DNA from: Acidimicrobiales bacterium
GTDB lineage: Bacteria; Actinomycetota; Acidimicrobiia; Acidimicrobiales; CATQHL01
DNA: 64,000 nucleotides
Reading direction: 5' to 3'
Assembly (NCBI GenBank): GCA_965237375.1
Contig: CBDEFI010000003.1
Coordinates: 2,308 to 66,307 of the forward strand
Shown: piece after piece, positions 46,285-55,421 of the stretch
How the letters are laid out: each line of letters opens with the position of its first letter
Numbering within the stretch: the stretch's first letter is position 1
The notes under the pieces: generated by a model
Told to the model about the DNA's origin: nothing
Databases searched by the model: none
The model's input: only the letters and a program-made list of their open reading frames with translations
Translations under genes and position numbers: made by a program

Positions 46285-47494
46285 CTGTTGGGGTTCCCGA
46301 TTGGTGGTGGGTCTGACCCGCCGGGATGTTGGCCGTGGTGCCTTGTTTCCGATCTGTCGGCCTGGTGCTGGTCGGGGACGCGCACCGACCGGTCGGGCGG
46401 ACGTGACCTGATAGGAGCTTTGAGTTGAACACCCTGAGTGTCCTGTCCGCCGTCCCGGCCGGTGGTGCCCTTGACCCATTGGTTTGCTCGAAGGAGGGCA
46501 GCACCATTATGTCGGAGAAACCTGTTGAAGTGATCGGTGGGGTGGACACCCATCGTGACAACCACGTCGCCGCAGCCGTGGACGGGGCGGGGCGGATGCT
46601 GGACACGGCGTCGTTCGCGGCGACTGTGGCCGGCTACGGCGAACTCGTCGCCTGGTTGAGGTCCTGGGGTCCGCTGAGGATCGTCGGCGTGGAAGGCACC
46701 GGCAGCTACGGCGCCGGCTTGGCGCGTCACCTCGCCGCGGTCGGCGTGGCGGTGGTGGAGGTGAACCGTCCCAACCGCCAGGCGCGGCGGCGCTACGGCA
46801 AGTCCGACACCGCCGACGCCGAAGCCGCGGCGCGCGCCGCGCTGTGCGGCGAAGCCACAGCCCAACCCAAAAGCGGCGACGGTCCGGTGGCAGCAATCCG
46901 GATGCTGCACACCGTCCGACGCTCGGCGCTCAAGGCCCGCACCAGCGCCATCAACCAGATCCACGGCCTCCTCGTCACCGCCCCCGAACAGCTCAAAGAC
47001 CAGCTCGCCGGCCTGCGCCCCGGCGCCCTCGTCGACGCCTGCGCCCGCCTGCGCCCCAGCTCGGCCACCAACGAGGTCACCGCCGCTGCGAAACGGGCGC
47101 TGCGCACACTCGCACGACGCCACCAGGCGCTCAGCGGCGAGATCACCGAACTCGACGCCGAACTCCGACGCCTGTGCGCTGCGGCCAACCCCGCCCTGCT
47201 CGCCGCAACCGGCGACAACCCCCAGCGCATGGCCACCGACGCGTCCTTCGCCGCGCTGTGCGGCGCCAGCCCCGTCCAAGCGTCCTCGGGCCAACACACC
47301 CGCCACCGACTCAACCGCGGCGGCAACCGCCAAGCCAACAACGCCCTCTGGCGCATCACCATGGTCCGCCTCACCTGCGACCAACGCACCCGCGACTACG
47401 CCAACCTGTGCTGCGTCTGAGTTCACCGCGGAGATGGTGTTGAATAATTAACCTAGTTTGGTGGTCTTCTCGCTGACATGCGAAGGAGCATCAG

Positions 47495-47818
47495 ATGACT
47501 ACTGGAGACGGTCGGCGTCGGCCGACGAAGTTGTCCGCGGAGGCGAAGTGGGAGATTTTCCTGCAGGTCACCTCTGGGGAGGTGACCCAGGCCGAGGCGG
47601 CCCGTAAGTGGACGGTGGACGTGTCGACGATCATCACGATCCGTCGGACGGTGAAGGACGCGGCGTTGGCGGCGTTGGCTCGCCGGCCTGGTCGGCCGGC
47701 GAGCCAACGCAACTGGGAGCTCGAGGCGGCACGCAACGAGATTGGTCAGCTGACCGAGGCGGTCAAGGCGCAAGCGATCGAGTTGGCGATCATCCGGGGA
47801 AAATCGGGATGGGGCTGA
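47495..47818 (+). CDS. IS3-family OrfA (HTH)
   Basis: Track ORF of 107 aa. GAAGGAG SD upstream. Confidence 0.85.
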   Translation: MTTGDGRRRPTKLSAEAKWEIFLQVTSGEVTQAEAARKWTVDVSTIITIRRTVKDAALAALARRPGRPASQRNWELEAARNEIGQLTEAVKAQAIELAIIRGKSGWG

Positions 47819-48882
47819 GCGGACCGGTCCCGGCGCGAGTCCCCGCCGAGGTGAAGGAACTGGTTCTTTGCACTGTCGACGACGCGGTCGCCGGCGGGTT
47901 CGCGCACCGCTGGGCAACCGGCCTGTGGCAGGTCTCCGATGATCGGGTGCACCGCTGGCGCGCCCGGCGCAGCGACGGCGATCTGGAGGACCGCAGCGTC
48001 GGCGCGACGGCCGTGCATCGCCTGTTGGACGGTGAGGTGGAGGCGATCTTGGAGACCGCCGAGGAGTGGGGTCCGGTGGACCGGTCGCATCGCAAGCTCG
48101 CGCACCGCGGCTCCTACCAGTCCAAGGTGTGGGTCTCGCCGTCAACGTTTCGGCGTGTTCTCGCTGCTCACGGCCTCGTCCTGGCCCAACAGCCGGCGCA
48201 GCCACGGCGAGTTCGCACACCGTGGCCGCCCTGGCTGGTGTGGGAACCCAACCGGATCTGGATCTGGGACGTCACCCACTTCGGTGCCGCCCGACGGGTC
48301 GTGTTCGCGATCGTCGACATGGTCTCGCGACGCTGGATCGCGACGCTGGTCTCCACCGAAGAGACCTCCACACAGGTCCGCGTCGTCTTCGACGCCGCCC
48401 TGCTCGCCGAAGGTCTCGACGAGTTGCTCACCGACGAACGCCTCGACCTCGACGCCGACGGCCCCGACCGGCCGATCCTGCTCGCCGTGTCCGACAACGG
48501 CCCGGCCATGACCTCAACAGCCACCCGCGCCTACATGACACTCATGGCCATCGCCCAGCACCACGGCCGACCACACACCCCGACCGACCAGGCGTGGATC
48601 GAGTCGTTCTTCGGACACATCAAACACGAATGGCCCCACCTCGCAACGATCACCGACGCCGAACAGCTCGACGTCGAGCTGGCCCGCGTCCGCGTCGAGT
48701 ACAACACCGTCCGCCTCCACCAGGCAATCGGCTACGTTACCCCCGACGACGAACACCACCACCGAGGAGAACACATCCGCGAGGCCCGACGCCAAGGCCT
48801 GAAACGAGCCCACCAACAACGCCTCGACCACAACCGCCAGACAACAACAACCACACCCGAGAACACCCCCCAACTTGGTTAA
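47495..48882 (+). CDS. IS3-family OrfAB transposase produced by programmed -1 frameshift
   Basis: The OrfB frame is -1 relative to OrfA. DDE residues lie in WIWDVTHF, AVSDNGP and WIESFFGHIK. Confidence 0.8.
47797..47803 (+). promoter_or_regulatory. Slippery heptamer G GGA AAA for -1 ribosomal frameshifting
   Basis: Fits the X XXY YYZ pattern in the OrfA zero frame, 15 nt before the OrfA stop. Confidence 0.6.
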
Positions 48883-49206
48883 TTACCAACCCCAATCTCC
48901 GCGGAAGACTCAGACACACCTCAAACCGGCGCAGCGCCGAAGGCAAAACCCGCCGCGACATCATCCGCTGCCTCAAACGCCACATCGCACGCGAAATACA
49001 CCAACTCCTCACCAACCCGCCAGACACCCCCCACGGAGCCGACCTGCGCCAACGACGCCTCCAAACCCACACCACCATCACCGCCACCGCCGCAGCACTC
49101 AACACCCACCCCACCCGCATCTCCGCACTCGAACGCGGCACCTACCACAACCACAACCTCGCCACCCGCTACCACAACCACCTCACCCAAAACACGACTT
49201 GACAAC

Positions 49207-49268
49207 CATAGGAGCATCGGGAGAGGGGCGGGATGACGAGAGAGGTTGTCAGGCGAGTTGCTCAGCAG
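49207..49268 (-). repeat. MITE/REP-like repeat, copy F, right part
   Basis: CATAGGAGCATCGGGAGAGGGGCGG...GTTGCTCAGCAG resumes the copy-E sequence after the IS. Confidence 0.75.
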
Positions 49269-49406
49269 ATTCTCAACACGGCGTTGGCAGGCGGTCGGGC
49301 GGGGCCGGACAGGCGGCCATCAGGAGTCGACCGCCGGATCAAGTAGTGCGGGCCCCGCTGACGGGCGGGGCCCGCAACAGGGGTTAGGCACGGGCTAGAG
49401 AGCGCG

Positions 49407-51464
49407 CTACTGCACCGATGCGATGAACCAACGTGAGGTCGAGGGTAGGACCGGGGCCGGAGCCGGTCCGCCGGTTCCGGCGGCTGTCGCAACGCCGTCG
49501 GAGATCGTGAAGACTTCGACACGGGCAAACACGAAGTCGTCGCCCACGGCGAGGTCGACCCACGGGTAGCCGTCGTCCTCGTCGATTCCGAAGGCGTCAC
49601 CGGCAATCTGCCATCCCCAGTCGACACCGTCGGCCGACCACCCAATCCAGGTGGCGGGCTGCTCAGGCCACCCGGACTCGCCCACGCCATAAGCGGCTGC
49701 CTCGATTTCGGATGACACGTCCTCCTGGCTGAACGCCACGAGGTCGTCGCCGGTCTCGGGGTCCTCGAACACCAAGGTAACGGCCCCGGCGTCGTCGGTG
49801 ACCTCCCGGATGCCTTCGGGAGCAGTGACGCTCTGCAAGGCCTCGGGCCCGAACTCGCGGACGGCGACGTCCCCGGTGAGGTCCCACAGGGTGAAGCCGC
49901 CTTCGGGTTCGTTGAAGCGCAGCTCGTAGCCGTCCTTGGCGATCCGTACCGTGGGCAGGCCGCTGATTACAGCGTCGGGCCGCGGCATCGCCGTGACGAC
50001 CAAACCGGCCGGCCCGGCTGCCAGCACGTCGCCGGGCTGGAGACCGTCGAACAACGTCGCAACGGTTGTCGGGGCCTCACCGACGCCGGAGCGTTGGACA
50101 CGGAAAGCGTTGTTGGCGACCCAGCCGGTGTGCCAGATCGTGCCGTCGGCACCGCGGGCGGCGTTGTTGTAGACGTCGCCGGCGGTAGAGGTCTCGCTCC
50201 AGGTGCGGCCGTCGGGGGAGGTGAACCGCAGCGGTCCGTCGGGTGTGGAGAGAGTGATGTCGAAACCGTCCGCGGTGCTGATGGCCGAGTTGCTCCACCC
50301 CCGGCGATCTGCCGCGGTTTCGGTGTCTGTGCCGTCGCTGGTGAGGATGCGGATGCGCTCACTGTCCGACCCCGTGCACGGTGCCTCCTGGCCGGGCGCG
50401 AGACCCAACTCGCTGTGGGGCACCTCGACCCGCTCGGGGTCGTTGGGTTCGCCCAGATAGAACACGACCGAACTTTCGCCGTGATCCCACTGGAAGATCG
50501 ATTCCCGGTCGGGCGCCAAGCCCCGTTCCACGAGCAGCGCCTGCAGATCGAGATCGACATAACTCCCGACCAGCACCACGATCCGGTCGCCGGACGCCAG
50601 CACCGATTCCACCCATGACCGTTGGTGGCAGTACGAAGGCAGGGTGTCGTCGACGGCGATGTCGATGACCAACTCGGTCCAGGTGGCGCCCTCGTCGTCG
50701 GAGAAGAAGACCCGGCTGGGGGCCAGGAAATCCGCTGTGTCTTGTCCCCCGACCACCCAGCGGTCCCCGGCGATGTCGACGTGGTCCGACGAGATCGAGA
50801 TGCCGGTGGGCACGGGTAGTGCGGTCCACGTGGTGCCGTCCTCGCTGACGACGACAAAGTCACGGGAGCCGTCCCAGGCGCGGGCAACGATGCGCCCGTC
50901 TCCCACGGACTCGAGCCGGTAGACATCGACGAGTCCCATGTCCGGGTCGAGGGTGACCTCGGTCCACACAAGCACGGGTCCCGTGGACAGCGCCTCCGGG
51001 TTGGGATCGTCCGGCGTGGGATCATCCGCGGTAACCCCCGACGGTTCTTGCCCCGCATCGTCCGAGGTGCCCGCCGGCTCGGGTGCAGCCGGCTCAGCGG
51101 GTTGCGGCGCGGCCGGCGTGGCGTCGCTCGCACCCGGTTCGGCAGGCCCGTCCGATGTCGGTACCCGCTCGGGCACGGTCGGTTCGGTGGCGACGAGGAC
51201 ACTTCCGTTCCCGCCGCCGCCGTCGCCGCCGAGCGTGTTCCATGCCACGACGCCGCCGGCGATCAGGACCGCTGCGGCCGCGACACCCACCACCGCCTGG
51301 CGGACACTGCGTGCCCTGGCCCGTGCAGCGGCCCGCTGGGCGATATCGGTGACCGGCGGCGAGGTGACAGGGGATTCCGCCTGCCTGCCGATGGCTTCGC
51401 CGAGGGCGGCACCAAGTGCCTCGTCGGCCCCGGGCTGCGGATCGCGGTTGCGGTTCTCGTTCAT
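49407..51464 (-). CDS. Single-pass membrane protein with an extracytoplasmic Asp-box (BNR) beta-propeller-like domain, possible sigma-factor partner
   Basis: TM helix VVGVAAAAVLIAGGVVAW. Asp-box motifs SEDGTTW, SDDEGATW and SPDGRTW. Lies 20 nt downstream of the ECF sigma gene. Confidence 0.7.
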   Translation of the reverse strand: MNENRNRDPQPGADEALGAALGEAIGRQAESPVTSPPVTDIAQRAAARARARSVRQAVVGVAAAAVLIAGGVVAWNTLGGDGGGGNGSVLVATEPTVPERVPTSDGPAEPGASDATPAAPQPAEPAAPEPAGTSDDAGQEPSGVTADDPTPDDPNPEALSTGPVLVWTEVTLDPDMGLVDVYRLESVGDGRIVARAWDGSRDFVVVSEDGTTWTALPVPTGISISSDHVDIAGDRWVVGGQDTADFLAPSRVFFSDDEGATWTELVIDIAVDDTLPSYCHQRSWVESVLASGDRIVVLVGSYVDLDLQALLVERGLAPDRESIFQWDHGESSVVFYLGEPNDPERVEVPHSELGLAPGQEAPCTGSDSERIRILTSDGTDTETAADRRGWSNSAISTADGFDITLSTPDGPLRFTSPDGRTWSETSTAGDVYNNAARGADGTIWHTGWVANNAFRVQRSGVGEAPTTVATLFDGLQPGDVLAAGPAGLVVTAMPRPDAVISGLPTVRIAKDGYELRFNEPEGGFTLWDLTGDVAVREFGPEALQSVTAPEGIREVTDDAGAVTLVFEDPETGDDLVAFSQEDVSSEIEAAAYGVGESGWPEQPATWIGWSADGVDWGWQIAGDAFGIDEDDGYPWVDLAVGDDFVFARVEVFTISDGVATAAGTGGPAPAPVLPSTSRWFIASVQ

Positions 51465-51484
51465 CTTTCAAATACCTCTCGTAG

Positions 51485-51997
51485 TCATCTTTCAATCACC
51501 GCTCGGAGGTCTGCCAGGCCCCGCGACACCAGGCTCTTGACCGTGCCGGGGCGTACACCCATGGTCTCGGCGATCTCCCGTTCGGACATGCCGCCGTAGA
51601 AGCGCAGCACCAGTGCCGTCTTTCTCCTGAGGGAGAGTTGGTTGAGGGCGTCGACCAGATAGTCCGGCTCCGCCGTGAGCGGTGGGCGCTGGGGAAGCCC
51701 GACCCGTCGTCTGACCTCGCGCTTGCGCAGTTCGCTGCGGGCGCCGTTGACAACCGCCGTGCGCAGGTAGCCGCCGGGTTCGTCGAGACGATTCCAACGT
51801 TCGAACACCTGAGCGAAGGCGTCCTGCGCGATCTCTTCGGCGCATTCCGACGTGTCCACCAAGCCTCGGGCGAGTCGCACCATCGGCGCGTACTCGACTC
51901 GGTAGAAGTCGTCGAAGTCGGCGGCGATCATGCGGTCATCCAGCACCGCGAGCGGGATCATCGTTTCGTTGCCGACGACGGCGAGGAAAGCGTCCAT
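51485..51997 (-). CDS. ECF-type RNA polymerase sigma-70 family factor
   Basis: Region 2 FDDFYRVEYAPMVRLA..AQDAF. Region 4 LVLRFYGGMSEREIAETMGVRPGTVKSLVSRG. Start uncertain (51997, 51961 or 51931). Confidence 0.85.
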   Translation of the reverse strand: MDAFLAVVGNETMIPLAVLDDRMIAADFDDFYRVEYAPMVRLARGLVDTSECAEEIAQDAFAQVFERWNRLDEPGGYLRTAVVNGARSELRKREVRRRVGLPQRPPLTAEPDYLVDALNQLSLRRKTALVLRFYGGMSEREIAETMGVRPGTVKSLVSRGLADLRAVIER

Positions 51998-52177
51998 CAC
52001 CCCCAACGACGCCCGACGGGGCCGATCGGTTCCCGCGAGCTGCAACGGGGAGGCTGCCGAGCAGGATCGGCCCCGGTGCGGTCACGCGATCAGCGTACGA
52101 CCGCTGCCTGCCGTCACAGGGGCGCCGGCGTGGGCAAGACTGGGCGCGGGACCGCGTGCGCTCAACGAGGAGTGGTG

Positions 52178-53344
52178 ATGTCTGTACTGGTGACCCCCAA
52201 CCCGCTGCGCGAGGATCGAGACTGGCCACCGGCGCCGGCGGACATCCTCGCCTTCCACCGCCGCATGCCGGCCTACTCGCCGACGCTGCTGCTCGACGCC
52301 CCCGACCTGGCCGAGCGGCTGGGCGTGGGCCGTGTCCTCATCAAGGCCGAGACACGCCGCATGAGCCTGCCGTCGTTCAAGATCCTCGGCGCCACGTGGG
52401 CCACCTACCGGGCCATCTGCGCCCACATCGGCGCCGAGCCGGCCCGCTGGGGGAACATCAACGAGTTGGCCGCCCGGCTGGCCTACCTGCGCCCGTTCGA
52501 GTTGGCCGCCGCCACCGACGGCAACCACGGCCGGGCGGTGGCCTTCATGGCCCGGCTGCTGGGTTTCAACGCCCACATCTTCGTGCCGGCGGGCATGGCG
52601 GCGGCCCGCATCGAGGCCATGGAATGGGAGGGCGCCAAGGTCACCATCGTGGCGGGCGACTACGACGACGCCGTCGCCCGGTCGGCCGAGGAGGCAGGTG
52701 ACCGTTGCATCGTCGTGTCGGACACGTCGTGGGCGGGCTATGAGACCATCCCGGCGCAGGTGATCGAGGGGTACACGACGATCTTCGCGGAGGTGGACGA
52801 CGCCATCGGCGCCAGCGGCCTGGAGTCTCCCGAACTCGTGGTGGTGCCGATGGGCGTCGGGGCGTTCATGTCGGCGGCGGTGACGCACTACCGCTCCGCC
52901 GAGCACCGCCCGGTCATCGTGGGAGTGGAGCCCATCGACGCCAACTGCGTGCAGGCGTCGGCCCTCGCCGGGGGGATCACCCACGTCCCCGGCCCGCACC
53001 GGTCGATCATGGTGGGCCTCAACTGCGGGCGGCCGTCGATGATCGCCTGGCCCCGTCTCGCCACCGGCGTGGACTGGTTCGTCTCGGTGGATGACGACGC
53101 GGCCCGCCAAGCCATGCGCGACCTCGCGGATGCCGCCGTCGTGGCCGGCGAGACCGGCGCCGCCTCCCTGGCCGGGCTGGTGGCCCTGCTCGCCGATCCT
53201 GCGGCCCGGGAGGCTTTGGGCGACCTGTCGGGCAGTTGCGTCATGGTCATCGTCACCGAGGGCGCCACCGACCCCGACGCCTACGAGCAGATCGTGGGCC
53301 GAGGCCACGACACCGTCGGCCGGGTCCTCACAGCCATGCGCTGA
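52178..53344 (+). CDS. Diaminopropionate ammonia-lyase-like PLP enzyme
   Basis: LPSFKILGA (PLP lysine) and ATDGNHGRAVA motifs. ATG 52178 with GAGGAG upstream. Confidence 0.8.
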   Translation: MSVLVTPNPLREDRDWPPAPADILAFHRRMPAYSPTLLLDAPDLAERLGVGRVLIKAETRRMSLPSFKILGATWATYRAICAHIGAEPARWGNINELAARLAYLRPFELAAATDGNHGRAVAFMARLLGFNAHIFVPAGMAAARIEAMEWEGAKVTIVAGDYDDAVARSAEEAGDRCIVVSDTSWAGYETIPAQVIEGYTTIFAEVDDAIGASGLESPELVVVPMGVGAFMSAAVTHYRSAEHRPVIVGVEPIDANCVQASALAGGITHVPGPHRSIMVGLNCGRPSMIAWPRLATGVDWFVSVDDDAARQAMRDLADAAVVAGETGAASLAGLVALLADPAAREALGDLSGSCVMVIVTEGATDPDAYEQIVGRGHDTVGRVLTAMR

Positions 53345-53451
53345 CACGCCCGGCGCGGGCTCCGCTGCCGATCCGGTCCGCCCGTGGCGGCGGTCGCCGG
53401 TAGCGTGACGCCGGGCCGCCGCGGGTGAGCGGATCCCGGACAGGAGCAGCC

Positions 53452-54384
53452 ATGACACGCCCATTCCGGTTCGGCGTCACGCTGGAGAGAACCAGTGATC
53501 AGGACGAGATAGCCGGCCAAGCCCGCCGGGCCGAGGATCTGGGTTACTCCTGTATGGTCATGACCGACCATTTCGACGCGCGGAACGGACCGCTGGTGAC
53601 GCTCACCGCCGCCGCGCTGGCCACGTCGTCGCTGCGGGTCGGCAGCCTGGTGTTCTGCAACGACTACCGCCATCCCGTCGTTCTGGCGAAGGAACTCGCC
53701 ACGCTCGACCGCATGTCGAACGGGCGGCTCGAGGTCGGCATCGGGGCCGGTTGGATGTCCTCCGACTACGAGCAGGCCGGCCTTCGCATGGACCGCCCTG
53801 GGCTGCGCATCGAGCGACTGGCCGAGGCCGTGTCGGTGCTGGACGGCTGCTTCGCGGACGGTCCGTTCGACTTCGCCGGCGACCACTACACGATCAGCGG
53901 GCTCGACGCCGGACCCAAGCCCCACCAGCGGCCCCGCCCGCCGCTGCTGCTGGCCGGAGGGGGCCGGAAGATGCTGACGTTGGCTGCCCAGCGAGCGGAC
54001 ATCGTGGCGGTAAATGTGAGCCTGCACACCGGTGTGATGGACGAGAGCGTCGCCACCGGTGCCACGGCTGAGGCGACCGACGAGAAGGTGGCCCTCGTGC
54101 GAGATGTCGCGGGTTCCCGCTTCGGCGCCATCGAACTCAGTGTCGGGGCGTTCCTGGCCAGCATCACCGACGACCGCCACTCCTTCGCCGCGGCCCTCGC
54201 GGGCGGATTCGGGCTCAGTACGGAAGAGGCCCTCGCATCGCCCCACGCCCTGTTCGGGACGGTCGACGAATGCGTCGCCACCCTCGAGGCCCGGCGTGAG
54301 CGCTGGGGCTTCTCGTATGTCACCCTGCCGGCCGAGGCGGCAGAGGAAATGGCCCCCGTCGTAGAGCGCCTCGCCGGCCGCTAG
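53452..54384 (+). CDS. LLM-class F420-dependent oxidoreductase, paralog 1
   Basis: MTRPFRFGV...TDHF...GIGAGW. Confidence 0.85.
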   Translation: MTRPFRFGVTLERTSDQDEIAGQARRAEDLGYSCMVMTDHFDARNGPLVTLTAAALATSSLRVGSLVFCNDYRHPVVLAKELATLDRMSNGRLEVGIGAGWMSSDYEQAGLRMDRPGLRIERLAEAVSVLDGCFADGPFDFAGDHYTISGLDAGPKPHQRPRPPLLLAGGGRKMLTLAAQRADIVAVNVSLHTGVMDESVATGATAEATDEKVALVRDVAGSRFGAIELSVGAFLASITDDRHSFAAALAGGFGLSTEEALASPHALFGTVDECVATLEARRERWGFSYVTLPAEAAEEMAPVVERLAGR

Positions 54385-54488
54385 GTGTACTCAGCTATGG
54401 GGATCGGCCGCTACGACGGCTGGGACCTCCCATCGCCGTAGCGTGACGGCGGGTGGCCGCGGTGAGCGGGTCCAGGACAGGAGCAGCC

Positions 54489-55421
54489 ATGACCCATCCC
54501 TTCCGGTTCGCCGTCACCCTGGATGGCACGAGTGACCACGACGAGCTAGCGGCCCAGGCCCACCGGGCCGAGGACCTCGGTTACTCCTGCATGCTCACGA
54601 CCGACCATTTCGACGAGCGGAACGCACCGCTGGTGACTCTCACCGCCGCCGCGATGGCCACGTCGTCGCTGCGGGTCGGCACGCTGGTGCTCGCCAACGA
54701 CTACCGCCATCCCGTCGTCCTGGCGAAGGAACTCGCCACGCTCGACCGGCTGTCGAACGGGCGGCTCGAGATCGGCATCGGGGCCGGTTGGATGACCGCC
54801 GACTACGAGCAGGCCGGCATCCGGCTGGACCGACCGGGGGTGCGCATCGAACGGCTGGCCGAAGCCGTGTCGGTTCTGGACGGCTGCTTCGCCGACGGGC
54901 CGTTCGACTTCGCCGGCGACCACTACACGATCAGCGGACTGGACTCCCGACCCAAGCCCCGCCAGCGGCCTCGCCCGCCGCTGATGCTCGCCGGAGGGGG
55001 ACCGAGGATGCTGACGCTGGCAGCCCAGCGAGCCGACATCGTCGGGGTCAACCTCCGCCTGAACGCAGGGGTCGTGGACGACCGGGCCGCCGCCACCGCC
55101 ACGGCCGACGCGACCGACGAGAAGGTGGCCGTCGTCCGCGACGCCGCCGGCTCGCGCCTCGACGCCATCGAACTCAATGTCGGGGTGTTCCTGGCCGGCA
55201 TCACTGACGACCGCCGGTCGCTCGCCGCCGCCCTCGCACCCGGCTTCGGGCTCGGCACCGAGCAGGCTCTGGCAACGCCCCACGCCCTCTTCGGCACCGT
55301 CGATGAATGCGTCGCCACCCTCGAGGCCCGGCGTGAGCGCTGGGGCTTCTCCTACATCGCCCTCCCAGCCGCGGTAGCAGAAGAGATGGCCCCCGTCATC
55401 GAACGCCTCGCCGGCCGCTAA
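54489..55421 (+). CDS. LLM-class F420-dependent oxidoreductase, paralog 2 (tandem duplicate)
   Basis: MTHPFRFAV... Collinear with paralog 1 along its whole length. Confidence 0.85.
   Translation: MTHPFRFAVTLDGTSDHDELAAQAHRAEDLGYSCMLTTDHFDERNAPLVTLTAAAMATSSLRVGTLVLANDYRHPVVLAKELATLDRLSNGRLEIGIGAGWMTADYEQAGIRLDRPGVRIERLAEAVSVLDGCFADGPFDFAGDHYTISGLDSRPKPRQRPRPPLMLAGGGPRMLTLAAQRADIVGVNLRLNAGVVDDRAAATATADATDEKVAVVRDAAGSRLDAIELNVGVFLAGITDDRRSLAAALAPGFGLGTEQALATPHALFGTVDECVATLEARRERWGFSYIALPAAVAEEMAPVIERLAGR

Larger units (their letters stand above)
47407..48923 (+). mobile_element. IS3-family insertion sequence, 1517 bp, apparently intact
   Basis: TG...CA termini. Imperfect inverted repeats of about 54 bp. 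4-bp target duplication AACC at 47403-47406 and 48924-48927. Confidence 0.85.
46509..49202 (+). pseudogene. IS110-family (DEDD) transposase split by the IS3 insertion (fragments 46509-47406 and 48924-49202)
   Basis: N-terminus MSEKPVEVIGGVDTHRDNHVAA..VGVEGTGSYG. Removing 47407-48927 restores ...TRDYAN RRSAEGKTRRDIIRCLKRHIAREI. Confidence 0.85.
46285..49206 (+). mobile_element. IS110-family insertion sequence (about 1.4 kb native) carrying a nested IS3-family element
   Basis: Boundaries come from aligning copy E with the F-left and F-right flanks. CATA is present at both junctions. The left non-coding end is 224 bp; the right end is 4 bp past the stop. Confidence 0.8.

Noticed and set aside
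48066-49202. 378-aa Pro/Arg/Thr-rich ORF
   Set aside because: It is a chimera. Most of it is an off-frame read through the IS3 transposase gene. Only the last ~93 codons (48924-49202) are real, being the displaced C-terminus of the IS110 transposase.
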